The notes beneath the pieces were generated by a model. That model did not search any database and was not told where the DNA came from. It saw only the letters and a program-made list of their open reading frames with translations. This document shows, piece after piece, positions 1 to 8,880 of a stretch of 30,656 bases of DNA (position 1 is the first letter of the stretch; each line of letters begins with the position of its first letter). Position numbers and translations under genes: made by a program. Origin of the DNA: Candidatus Nanohalobium sp. (GTDB taxonomy: Archaea; Nanohalarchaeota; Nanosalinia; Nanosalinales; Nanosalinaceae); assembly GCA_042216335.1 (NCBI GenBank), contig JBDGTY010000061.1, positions 8,156 through 38,811 on the forward strand, read 5' to 3'.

Positions 1-479
1 GGGTCGAGCGACACCGGTGAGGAGAACGGCCGTTTCTCGTTGCTTCTAGCCTGGAAGAGTCCGCGGTTAATGTCCTGGACGAGCTCGCCGAGAACTATCT
101 TTTCTCCCTGGATGTAGGCGTATATCTCCATTTCAGGGTCTTCAAGGTCGACCGAGTTCTCGCCGGTGCTGAGTACTTCTCCCAGTTTATCCTCGATTTC
201 TGCCGAGTCCTTCTCGCCTTCCAGTACTTTGCATCTTACCGCGAAGCTTCCCTCGACCTCGATTTTTGTATCAAGTTCTTGCAGTGTTGTCTCTTCTTTT
301 TTCCGGCATACTTCGTGTGTCAGTGCCAGTCTCTTCAGCTGGTCTGGCTCCGACTTGGTTTCAGCCAGTCTTCCGTCTCTTTTGGCTTCTTCATCTATTT
401 CCTGGCTTTCCAGGAATCCGTTTAGTTCTGCTTCTGCCAGCTTGAGGTTTTCTCCTGCGAGTCTGTATGTGTATGTCAT
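1..479 (-). CDS. trm11: tRNA (guanine(10)-N2)-methyltransferase Trm11/TrmG10-like (THUMP + methyltransferase), 3' part outside the window
   Basis: Not in the ORF track. Manual translation from ATG 479 gives MTYTYRLAGENLKLAEAEL...VDLEDPE...RSNEKRPFSSPVSLD, matching the family N-terminus and the RPFxxPxSLxP motif. The start overlaps the upstream stop (ATGA, 476-479). Confidence 0.8.
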   Translation of the reverse strand, partial: MTYTYRLAGENLKLAEAELNGFLESQEIDEEAKRDGRLAETKSEPDQLKRLALTHEVCRKKEETTLQELDTKIEVEGSFAVRCKVLEGEKDSAEIEDKLGEVLSTGENSVDLEDPEMEIYAYIQGEKIVLGELVQDINRGLFQARSNEKRPFSSPVSLD

Positions 480-811
480 CTTTGTTTTGGTCCTCTGTTT
501 TTGATCCGGTTTTTCCATAGCCAGAGAGGGAAGTCCACTATTAAATGGCTCAGAGGTCTTTTGTCCGGGTTGTAGTGCTCGAGTTCTGCCACGAAGTCCG
601 CATCGTATTTCCTGTTTCTGTAGTCCTTGAGTTCCAGACTTCTCCTTTCTCTAGTGTCTCGGTAAGTTGGTTCATCGCGGTGCTCAAGCGCAGCTAGGGA
701 TCTGCTGTCTTCATGTTCTTCGCTATCTTTTGCGTTCATCCATTTCCTCTTCTCTATCTCCAGGTCGCGGTTGTATCCTAGTTCCAGGAGCTCTTCCCTG
801 AGTTCTTTCAT
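476..811 (-). CDS. hypothetical protein (111 aa, charged)
   Basis: Coupled to both neighbours by 4-nt overlaps; host-like charged composition; no motif recognised. Confidence 0.7.
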   Translation of the reverse strand: MKELREELLELGYNRDLEIEKRKWMNAKDSEEHEDSRSLAALEHRDEPTYRDTRERRSLELKDYRNRKYDADFVAELEHYNPDKRPLSHLIVDFPLWLWKNRIKNRGPKQR

Positions 812-1854
812 TTTCCGTTCTGCACCATGTTGAGGCTTATGTAGCCGAGGAGGAGTCCTGGCCAGTATGTTGTGATTCTGTAGAGTATTCCGATGAGGAG
901 GGCGGTGTGGAGGGCTATTGCTCCGCCTGCGAATCCTGTTACTGTTTCTGAGACTGCGACTATGAGTGCTGCCATCGCGAATTCGTATGTTCCGCTTCCG
1001 CCGGGTGTTGGTGAGGTGTTGGCGAGGTCGGCGAGTGGCAGTATGAAGTATAGGTAGCTGAGGAGCGGTGAGAATCCGAGTGAGTACATGACGAGCGCCA
1101 GCGCTCCGACCTCGAGTATGAATCCGAGGTGGATGGCTATTATGGTTTTGACGAGGTATACGGGGTCTTCTCCCATCTTTCCTATGGAGTCTTCGAATTT
1201 CTCCAGTCTTTTCTCCAGTCTTTCGACCAAGTTTTCTCCTCGACCTGTTTTTGTGCTGAGTTTTTCCGCTGTTTTCAGCAGTGCTCCTTCTATCTTTCCA
1301 GCTTCGAACCAGAGTAGGTAGACGATTCCTCCTCCGAACAGCAGTACGATGATGGATGCGTAGACTGCCTGGATCACTATGCTGGTGATGGAGTGGAAGA
1401 AGAGTATGTAGATTGCTCCGCCGAAGACGAAGGTGAATGGTGGTAGTATGTTGAGTATGTCTGCTGAGAGCACTGAGGAAAGTGATTTTTCGTAGCTGGC
1501 GTCTGTGTTGGAGGAGATTATGTAGGCCATGAACGGTTCTCCTCCGGCCTGTCCGAAAGGTGTGATGTGGTTGAGGAAGCCTCCTGCCAGCTGGAGTTTT
1601 ACTGAGTCTCCGAAGCCGGCTTTTATGCCTGTTCTCTGGAATACGCGGTACCAGGTGAAGGACCAGACCAGAAGTGAGGAGGTTCCGAGGATTACAGCAG
1701 GCACTAGGTAGATGAGTCTGGCATCTGAGACGGCCTCCACGAACTTTTCGGGGCCTGAGATGTAGATCAGGGCGGCCAGTATCGCTGTCGAGACTCCGAA
1801 AAGCAGTATTTCCTTTGTCCTTGAGGGAAGCCTTTTCTCAGTTCCTGTAACCAT
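808..1854 (-). CDS. lysylphosphatidylglycerol synthase TM-domain / flippase-like membrane protein (UPF0104/AglD2-like), paralog 1
   Basis: Multi-TM protein with family motifs N..TPFGQAGGEP and PTPGGSGTYE. ATG 1854 is preferred over 1893 because it reduces the overlap with rnp4. Confidence 0.85.
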   Translation of the reverse strand: MVTGTEKRLPSRTKEILLFGVSTAILAALIYISGPEKFVEAVSDARLIYLVPAVILGTSSLLVWSFTWYRVFQRTGIKAGFGDSVKLQLAGGFLNHITPFGQAGGEPFMAYIISSNTDASYEKSLSSVLSADILNILPPFTFVFGGAIYILFFHSITSIVIQAVYASIIVLLFGGGIVYLLWFEAGKIEGALLKTAEKLSTKTGRGENLVERLEKRLEKFEDSIGKMGEDPVYLVKTIIAIHLGFILEVGALALVMYSLGFSPLLSYLYFILPLADLANTSPTPGGSGTYEFAMAALIVAVSETVTGFAGGAIALHTALLIGILYRITTYWPGLLLGYISLNMVQNGK

Positions 1855-2131
1855 ACTTCTCCACCTCTCCGCATTCTCCGCATGTGTATTCAACCAGCTC
1901 CTCCTGTGAGTTCAGCCGTACCCTGCAGTTTTTTCCCGGTTTCAGGTAGTTGTTGCAGCTGGAGCAGAACTTCTTCTGTAGTTCGGAGGGTATCGGCACC
2001 TGTGTTCTTTCGCCGATCCTGCGTGCTATCTCAACGTATCTCCGGGACAGTTCCGGGTCTTCGTCGAACTTTTCCTCTGCCTGCTGGAAAAGTATCTTTA
2101 TTCTTTCCTCTGCGATTTTCTTCGTGTCCAT
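1838..2131 (-). CDS. rnp4: ribonuclease P protein component 4 (Rpp21)
   Basis: IAEERIKILF...RRYVEIARRI, with two CxxC pairs (FCSSC, TCGECG) forming the Zn ribbon; 97 aa. Confidence 0.95.
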   Translation of the reverse strand: MDTKKIAEERIKILFQQAEEKFDEDPELSRRYVEIARRIGERTQVPIPSELQKKFCSSCNNYLKPGKNCRVRLNSQEELVEYTCGECGEVEKYGYRN

Positions 2132-2159
2132 ATATACCGGGGTTCGTGGTGATTTTTTA

Positions 2160-3236
2160 TCACTTTCTCGACTTTACCTGCTCGGCGATGGTGTCGATGC
2201 TCAGGCTGGAGCCGCTGCTTCTGAGGCTTGCCAGGGAGGTGTATCCGACAACGAGGCCGGTTCCGTAGGTTACGGCGCGGAAGAGTACTGCGACTGCTGC
2301 TCCTTTAGCAGGGGTTATGCCAGCGAACTGGCTGAGCACTCCTGTCATCCAGACCTCGAAGGCCCCGGAACCTCCTGGTGTCGGCATGAAGTTAGCTATG
2401 CTTGCTACTGCGACCACAAAGTAAAGTGAGGAGATGTTGGGTGTCTTTCCGACGGCTGAAATCACTGAGTACAGTGCCGCGACCTGGAACAGGAAGAATA
2501 CGTGTGCTATGGCTGCGGTTGAAATGAGGTGGTGCGGATCCTCTCCTATGGAGTCAAAGGTTTTTCTCAAGTGGTGGAAACGTTCTTCAAGTTTTTCAGC
2601 CTTCTTTTCCCCTCTGCCGGTTACTCCCACTACTTTCCTTACCAGTGATGTAAGCTTTTCTTCGAGTATTTCTGCCCTGAACCATAATACGTACGTTATT
2701 GCGCCTCCAATGGCTGTTATTGCTGCGGCGACTCCGACAGTCCAGAGTACATTGGAGCTGAGTGATCTTGAAGGTATCAGAGTTATGTAGGCTGCTCCTC
2801 CGAGCAGGAAGGTCAGGAAAGGTACAGTATTGACTATGTCTGCTGACATAACTGCTGAAAGTGCTTCCTCGTAGCTTGTGTCCTGTGTGTCGCTGACGAT
2901 GTACGCCATGACTGGTTCGCCGCCCAGCTGGCCGAGAGGAGTCACGGAGTTCATGAACTGGCCTGACATGAAGAGCTGGAAGGATTCGGGGTAGCTGGTG
3001 TCGATGTCGATCTTGTTGAGGAAGCGGTGCCACGTGTATCCAAGTATGGTGAATGACATCAGGCCGAAGAACACTCCGACCAGAAGCGGAAGTTTTTCGG
3101 CAGATCGAATATTCCTTATGAACTTCTGCACGTCAGTGAAGTAAATCAGTGCCGCAACCAGAAGCGTCGCCACGCCAAAGTACAGAAGACTTTTCCGTCT
3201 TCTACCTATTTTCATCCCTGTCTCCTGTTTCGGCAC
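2160..3236 (-). CDS. lysylphosphatidylglycerol synthase TM-domain / flippase-like membrane protein, paralog 2
   Basis: Motifs NSVTPLGQLGGEP and PTPGGSGAFE; clearly colinear with the 808-1854 protein. The true start may be the ATG at about 3215. Confidence 0.85.
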   Translation of the reverse strand: MPKQETGMKIGRRRKSLLYFGVATLLVAALIYFTDVQKFIRNIRSAEKLPLLVGVFFGLMSFTILGYTWHRFLNKIDIDTSYPESFQLFMSGQFMNSVTPLGQLGGEPVMAYIVSDTQDTSYEEALSAVMSADIVNTVPFLTFLLGGAAYITLIPSRSLSSNVLWTVGVAAAITAIGGAITYVLWFRAEILEEKLTSLVRKVVGVTGRGEKKAEKLEERFHHLRKTFDSIGEDPHHLISTAAIAHVFFLFQVAALYSVISAVGKTPNISSLYFVVAVASIANFMPTPGGSGAFEVWMTGVLSQFAGITPAKGAAVAVLFRAVTYGTGLVVGYTSLASLRSSGSSLSIDTIAEQVKSRK

Positions 3237-3272
3237 TCACGTTCAAAAAACTCCTCCGGAAATACATCCTCG

Positions 3273-4271
3273 ATGAGGATAAGCCACTACTTCGAATGGG
3301 AGGAAAGCATCACCGGAGGCCACAGACAGTCCGTAGACAACCAGAGAAAGATACTCGACAGAAAAAACATCGAATACACGACTTCTCCCGACCTGGAGGC
3401 CGACGTGCTCCACCTCAACAACATGGGCCCCAAATCGCTGTACTATGCATGGAGAGCACGTAAAAAAGACATCAAAGTCGTCATCCACGCACACCAGACA
3501 GCAGAAGACCTAAGGAACAGCTTCCGGTTCTCCAACATCCTCGCCAAACCCCTCAAACCATACCTCAAATACGCATACTCTCTCGCTGACAGAGTGATCT
3601 GTCCCTCAGAACACAATAGAAAAGTTATGGAGGGATACACTGATTCGCCTAAAACCGTGGTCAGCAACGGGTTCGACCCGGACAAACTGGAGGGCTACAG
3701 GAAACTCAGGCAGGATTATCTCGACAGATACGATCTGGAGCCGCCAGTCGTCTTCAACGTCGGCCACGTCATCAAAAGAAAAGGATTAGAGACTTTTGTG
3801 GAAACAGCGAGGAAGATGCCGGAAACCGACTTCGTATGGTTCGGCTTCCTAAACCCGACAGGAGAAGATAGACTGATCGACAGCTTCCTGCAGAGCAGCG
3901 ACACTAAAGAGATAGTGGAGAATTCTCCCGACAACTGCACGTTCACAGGATACATAGATGACATCAGAGGTGCTTATGCCGCCGGCGACATCTTCTTCTT
4001 GCCGACACAGAACGAGAACGAGGGAATGGCTCTTCTGGAAGCCATGAGCTGTGGGAAACCTCCGGTCATACGCAACATCAAAACCTACGAATGGTTGACA
4101 GAGGGAGAGAACTGCCTGAAGGCTGAGAACAACTTTGTGCCTCTGATTGAAGAACTAAAGAATGAAAGGCTCAGGCAGAGGATTGGAGGCAGGGCTGAGG
4201 AGAAGAGCAGGGAGTTTGAGCTGGAAAAAGTCGGTGAGGAGCTGGTTTCGGTCTACAGGGAACTGGTTTGA
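3273..4271 (+). CDS. glycosyltransferase family 4 (diglycosyl-lipid synthase / CpoA-LafB-like)
   Basis: GT-B motifs VSNGFD, GHVIKRKG and ENEGMALLEAMSCGKP (EX7E). The HAHQTAEDLRNSFRFSN segment resembles CpoA/DGS-type enzymes. Confidence 0.85.
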   Translation: MRISHYFEWEESITGGHRQSVDNQRKILDRKNIEYTTSPDLEADVLHLNNMGPKSLYYAWRARKKDIKVVIHAHQTAEDLRNSFRFSNILAKPLKPYLKYAYSLADRVICPSEHNRKVMEGYTDSPKTVVSNGFDPDKLEGYRKLRQDYLDRYDLEPPVVFNVGHVIKRKGLETFVETARKMPETDFVWFGFLNPTGEDRLIDSFLQSSDTKEIVENSPDNCTFTGYIDDIRGAYAAGDIFFLPTQNENEGMALLEAMSCGKPPVIRNIKTYEWLTEGENCLKAENNFVPLIEELKNERLRQRIGGRAEEKSREFELEKVGEELVSVYRELV

Positions 4272-4298
4272 AAAACTTGCTACACTGATTTTCTTCCT

Positions 4299-5342
4299 AT
4301 GAGGATAGGGTTCTTCTCCGACAGCTACTTCCCGGAGATCGACGGAGTCACATATACGCTGAAGCTGTGGAGGGATAGACTGGAGGAGAGAGGCCACGAA
4401 GTATACATCATATACCCGGAATCAGAAGGATACGAACCGGATGAGAACGAGATCCCGGTCCGCTCCGTCAGCAACCCGTTCTACCCGGGCTACAATATCC
4501 CGTTACCGACATCGCTTGACTTTCCGGAACTTGACGTGGTTCACTGCCACAGTCCCGGGCCGATAGGAAGAGCAGGAAGGCGGTACGCATTCAGAGATGA
4601 TGCAAAAGCGATTTACACTCATCACACACCGCTCGAGGAATACTTCGAACAGTCCATCAAGAGCAGCGTCTTGGCTGACTTCCTCGGCAGAATCTACGTC
4701 CCGTTGGAGGAGCTTTTCCTCTCAAAGTTCGACAAAGTCATGACAAACACGGATGGAGACGATAGGGACGTCGAAACCGTTGAGGTGCCAGCAGGAATCG
4801 ACATGAGGTTCTTCCAGCCACGGGAAGAAGAGATACAACTCGAGTACACTCGGCCTCTGATCGGCTACAGTGGAAGACTCAGCGATGAGAAGAACGTGGA
4901 TGAAGTCCTGGGACTGGCCGAGGAGATCGACGCGGACTTCATCGTAGTGGGCGAAGGTCCTCAGAAACAGAAACTGGTGGAGGAGGCACCGGAAAATGTT
5001 AAATTCCGTGACTTCCTCGACAGGGAAGACCTGCCGAAGTTCTACTCCATGCTTGATGTCTTCGTAACGGCCTCGACAGGCGACACACTCGGTATCTCTC
5101 CGCTGGAAGCCAACGCATGCGGAACACCTGTGGTCGCGGCCGACGTGCACCCCTTCGACACCACTATAGAAGGGGAAAACGGCCTGAGATACGACAAAGG
5201 AGATATACAGGACTTCGCGGAAAAAACAGGGAAGGCCATCGAAAAAGAGTGGAACTGCAGGAAGGCGGTCAGACAGTACTCACTGGAGAAAACCATGGAT
5301 AAACTACTTCGGATATATGCTGAGGCCGGGAAACATGACTGA
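4299..5342 (+). CDS. glycosyltransferase family 4 (monoglycosyl-lipid synthase / MGS-LafA-like)
   Basis: N-terminus MRIGFFSDSYFPEIDGV, plus YTHHT, GRLSDEKN and DTLGISPLEANACGTPVV. Confidence 0.88.
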   Translation: MRIGFFSDSYFPEIDGVTYTLKLWRDRLEERGHEVYIIYPESEGYEPDENEIPVRSVSNPFYPGYNIPLPTSLDFPELDVVHCHSPGPIGRAGRRYAFRDDAKAIYTHHTPLEEYFEQSIKSSVLADFLGRIYVPLEELFLSKFDKVMTNTDGDDRDVETVEVPAGIDMRFFQPREEEIQLEYTRPLIGYSGRLSDEKNVDEVLGLAEEIDADFIVVGEGPQKQKLVEEAPENVKFRDFLDREDLPKFYSMLDVFVTASTGDTLGISPLEANACGTPVVAADVHPFDTTIEGENGLRYDKGDIQDFAEKTGKAIEKEWNCRKAVRQYSLEKTMDKLLRIYAEAGKHD

Positions 5343-6981
5343 CAACGTAGACGTCTTCAAGAAGATAATATTCAGCATCCCCACGTTCCGGAAAACTCTT
5401 GCCATAACTCTGCTTGCCTCTATAGTCTACAGCACTCTCATATATGCCTGCATCAAGCTTTTCACATCTTTACAGCCAGGAATACTGTCCATACCTGTCA
5501 TGGCAGGGTTCGCCCTGGCACTGCCATCTTTAGTGTCGGGCGAACTTTTCTACTGGTCCCTTCCAGACTATCCAAGGAAATGGGGGTATTTCCTGGCTTT
5601 ATCATGTCAGTCAATACTTTTCATATACGGATTGATACTGACAGGAGCGAACAACTTCGCCAACGCCTGGCACATCTTCTGGCTGGCGCTTGCCACCGTC
5701 TACCTGGCAAACCTGTTCGTACTTGCCCTTACGCTGGGATACGAACATCTATCCAGGATAGCAGCACTGAGCGCTGCACAGCCTCTACTGGTGCTGGCAT
5801 CCTTCCACATCTTCCTTGGGGCGCGGCTGCAGCTCTCACCGACATCTTACATGAAAAACCTGTTGATATTCGGTGTGGCTGGCGTAGTATTGCTCTTCAC
5901 ATTTTTCGTAGTGGAATACCTGATAAGGTCGAACTTGGAAGGTGTCTCGGTTCTTAAGCTGACAGCAGGACTTCTCCAGAAAAAGCAGGAGGCGCTCGAC
6001 CTGGGATACTCCACCAGACCGGATGTACAGACACTAGAGGTAGAGAACGAGGAAAAGAAGACTGAGATAGCTGTTCCATGGATCCATCCCGGTCCTCTGG
6101 AAGGATTTGGTGGCGGCAGAGTCACGTCAAACATAATACAGAATTTGAATAGGGAAGGAGAGGGCTTCTTCCTCCACGTACCCTCAACGCACAAATCCGA
6201 CCCGGCAGACCCCGAGGACTACAGAAAGATACTTGAAGCCATGCAGGAGCCGGGGAAAAGCACTCAGGCATCGAAACTAGTTAGCGGGAGCTACAGGAAC
6301 GTCGACTTCTATGGCAGAAAGATTGATGGAAGGAAGATAGTCTTCATGGATGCCGAGTACGATGACTACGAGCTCTCGGTCTTCAGAGAGGTAATAGATC
6401 CGGATGAAGTGCTTCTGGTCGACCTACACTGTCAGGACAGGGAAGAAGAGGACAGAGAAGAAGTCTGGTACAACACCGAGACTGCGGAACACCTCAGAGG
6501 TTCTCTGAAAGATTTCCTGGGCTTCCTGGAGAAGCAGGAGATGTCTGATTATCGCGCTGGTTTCTCCACCGATGTGGATGGAAAACCTGTTTTCTCGCTT
6601 GTCGAGGAAGTAGATGGCCAGGAAACGCTGATCTTCGGTGTAGAGGGCAACGGAACATCGGAAAGGCTGAGAGATCTGAGGGAGAATTATAGAGAAGAGT
6701 TTGACGAAGTCCTGGTGTTCTCCACTGATACACATCAGAGCATCCACGAACTGTCGGCCGACAACCAGGTTGAGGTGGACAGGGTGCGTGAGGTGGTCGG
6801 AGAGGCGTCCGGAAATCTTTCCTCTGCCTCCATAGGATTCGCGAACGGTAGGGCGGAGACTATGCGGCTTCTGCAGGAGGATTACTCGGGACTCATCTTC
6901 AGTATCAACATATTGATCCGTCTCGTGCTCCTGATGCTGGCCGCGGTCTACCTCTGGCTGGTCTACTGGGTCTTCCTCTAG
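5335..6981 (+). CDS. DUF2070 family membrane protein (predicted neutral-ceramidase-superfamily lipid hydrolase)
   Basis: About 6 N-terminal TM segments, then IHPGPL..FGGG, HVPSTH, DLH and TDTH motifs and a C-terminal TM. The ATG at 5335 overlaps the GT stop. Confidence 0.8.
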   Translation: MTDNVDVFKKIIFSIPTFRKTLAITLLASIVYSTLIYACIKLFTSLQPGILSIPVMAGFALALPSLVSGELFYWSLPDYPRKWGYFLALSCQSILFIYGLILTGANNFANAWHIFWLALATVYLANLFVLALTLGYEHLSRIAALSAAQPLLVLASFHIFLGARLQLSPTSYMKNLLIFGVAGVVLLFTFFVVEYLIRSNLEGVSVLKLTAGLLQKKQEALDLGYSTRPDVQTLEVENEEKKTEIAVPWIHPGPLEGFGGGRVTSNIIQNLNREGEGFFLHVPSTHKSDPADPEDYRKILEAMQEPGKSTQASKLVSGSYRNVDFYGRKIDGRKIVFMDAEYDDYELSVFREVIDPDEVLLVDLHCQDREEEDREEVWYNTETAEHLRGSLKDFLGFLEKQEMSDYRAGFSTDVDGKPVFSLVEEVDGQETLIFGVEGNGTSERLRDLRENYREEFDEVLVFSTDTHQSIHELSADNQVEVDRVREVVGEASGNLSSASIGFANGRAETMRLLQEDYSGLIFSINILIRLVLLMLAAVYLWLVYWVFL

Positions 6982-7012
6982 ACTGAAATAGGTTGCGTCT
7001 CAAGAAACGACC

Positions 7013-7330
7013 ATGGTCTCGGAGCAGGAAGTCCGCGAGCAGCTCAAAGAAGTCATCGACCCGGAACTAGACGTCAACATAGTAGACCTCGGCCTCGTCT
7101 ACGAGATAGAGGTGGAAGACGACAGGGTAGAAATACTCATGACTCTGACGACGCCAGGATGTCCGTTCGGAAGTATATTCGATGAGATGGTGCGGCAGGA
7201 AGTCGGAGCCATCCACGGAGTCAACGAAGTCGACGTAGAACTAACCTTCGAACCCTCCTGGACGCCGGAAAAAATGAGCGACAAAGCCAGAGATGAGGTA
7301 GGACACCTGCCCGGGATGACAGGATTCTAG
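7013..7330 (+). CDS. sufT: Fe-S cluster assembly factor, DUF59/SufT/MIP18 family
   Basis: Signature DPELDVNIVDLGLVY...TLTTPGCP...LTFEPSWTPEKMS. Confidence 0.92.
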   Translation: MVSEQEVREQLKEVIDPELDVNIVDLGLVYEIEVEDDRVEILMTLTTPGCPFGSIFDEMVRQEVGAIHGVNEVDVELTFEPSWTPEKMSDKARDEVGHLPGMTGF

Positions 7331-7351
7331 CCTCCTCCACAAACGAAGTAA

Positions 7352-7360
7352 TTTTTTAAC
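7352..7360 (+). promoter_or_regulatory. candidate TATA box for the 7379/7381 gene
   Basis: TTTTTTAAC preceded by purine-rich AAACGAAG, about 27 nt before the start codon. Confidence 0.45.
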
Positions 7361-7380
7361 CAGCTGAGCAAATCCGGTAT

Positions 7381-8150
7381 GTGAGAACTGCTTATATCAT
7401 CACTATACTTGTTTTCACTGTCATAACAGCTATATTCTGGGTAGCAGGCCCTTTGTGGAAAAACTATGAGGTTACAGGATTCGACTTCAACTCAACGGAC
7501 AACACCTCAAAATACAGGATATCTATAGAACAAACTGCAACACAGAAAGACGCGGAAACTCTGAACTCCTCAAACATTACAGGATACCGGGCTCAGATGA
7601 TAGTGCAGATAACTGCGGAAAACTCCACACAGGTCTACCTGATGCCTGACAGCACAGCTAGGAAGATATCTGAATCGGGTTACATAACACACCGCAGCAG
7701 AAGCTACAGAACAACTATCGAAAAAGCTGGAGGCGTCGGAACCTGGGTAGAAGCCGAACTACTGGATTCAGGGGCATCCTTCCGCGACCCTGCCGTCATA
7801 CAGCTGAAGCTAAACACGGAAAACGATACATCACGGGTCTAAGCGGTGCGCCGCCGCCCTTCGGCGTGCCCACAGCAGAAAACACACAGGGACACAGATT
7901 CTCACTCTGGAATCCAAAATACTTCCAGAGCAGAGCAGTACACATAGAACCACTCAAAAAAGTCAGCATAATCAACTCTTCAGGAACACTGACAGAGATA
8001 GAGTCTGGAGAAACCATAAAAGAAAACTACACGATCTACCCATACCAGGAAATCCAGAAAGGAGAATACAAAGTATCAAAGACGCTGGAAATAGATGGCG
8101 AGACCTACCGCCCAGAAATAAGATACAGAATCTGGTTTAAAATACGATAA
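7381..8150 (+). pseudogene. frameshift-split membrane-anchored/secreted protein (ORFs 7381-7842 and 7866-8150)
   Basis: N-terminal TM and many NxS/T sequons. The second ORF's frame is open upstream across the first ORF's stop (...GLSGAPPPFGVPTAEN...), so one extra base near 7835-7837 would fuse them. Confidence 0.55.
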
Positions 8151-8288
8151 GAAAACTCGCGGCGACTATATCAATGAGTGACGTGGCTTTGTGGATGGGT
8201 TTTAGAAAGTCGGCGGCACAGCAACTTAACGATTTATAGAATGATTTGAATTGATTATAAAGCTTGTTTTCCCTCCCTATTCTGCCGA

Positions 8289-8650
8289 TTATTCTAGATC
8301 GTCTTCTCCTAGAAGGTCTGCGGCGTGAGAGGTTTCTGAACTCAGGGTTTTTTCGATAGCATTTTCACGAGCTTTCAGTGCAGTTTCTTGGATTGGCTTA
8401 TCTGAGCCATAAATCTCTGCAAACTCTTCAAGTGTCTCTTCTTCGTATCCGCCGAGTGCCGCTCTCATATTGGTTGTTTCACCACTGATGGCATTATAGA
8501 TCTGGCCTAGTTCTTCATGTGTGAGACTATATTCCTCTGTCCGACCCTGTGAAGAGTTTCTGATGGATAATCTAGATGAATTTCAGAATTGTTCTCTAGT
8601 TCTGCGTCTGTCAGTTGGCCATATTCGTCGGTGTCGGCATCTTCAGTCAT
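8289..8650 (-). pseudogene. frameshift-split acidic hypothetical protein (about 120 aa if repaired), missed by the ORF track
   Basis: ATG 8650 reads MTEDADTDEYGQLTDAELENNSEIHLDYPSETLHR and stops at 8507. The -1 frame reads GRTEEYSLTHEELGQIYNAISGETTNMRAALGGYEEETLEEFAEIYG...LLGEDDLE to TAA 8289. Both halves are very acidic, and there is a TATA at 8672-8679. Confidence 0.6.
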
Positions 8651-8671
8651 GTGTATTAATTACAATCCCAA

Positions 8672-8684
8672 ATTTAAAAGTTTT
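8672..8684 (-). promoter_or_regulatory. BRE/TATA (AAAAC-TTTTAAAT) for the 8650 gene
   Basis: Canonical archaeal TATA 22-29 nt upstream of ATG 8650, consistent with a leaderless mRNA. Confidence 0.55.
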
Positions 8685-8880
8685 ACTACTGTGTAGATAC
8701 AACTTCATGTTCGGTGTCCAAAATATCGGAAATCTTACTAGCCTCTTGGTAAAATCTTCTATTATCTACTCTATGAGCACTATTCATTATTTCCCGGTTC
8801 TTTTTCAGCTAGAACAGAAATTAATATTGACTATGAAATTTCAGAAATTAGGCCTTAAATTATAACCGAATTTTTGAGAT

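Noticed and set aside
526-536. GAGGGAAGTCC resembling RNase P RNA conserved region I, near rnp4
   Set aside because: One mismatch, no matching CR-V/P4 partner or stems found, and it lies antisense within a coupled ORF.
8319-8326. TGCGGCGT matching the tRNA-Gly 3' end as a possible att site
   Set aside because: Only 8 nt, inside a coding remnant, with no integrase; compatible with chance.
8521-8865. 114-aa plus-strand ORF from the track
   Set aside because: Non-acidic, Cys/Leu-rich, and antisense to a better-supported acidic gene with its own TATA.
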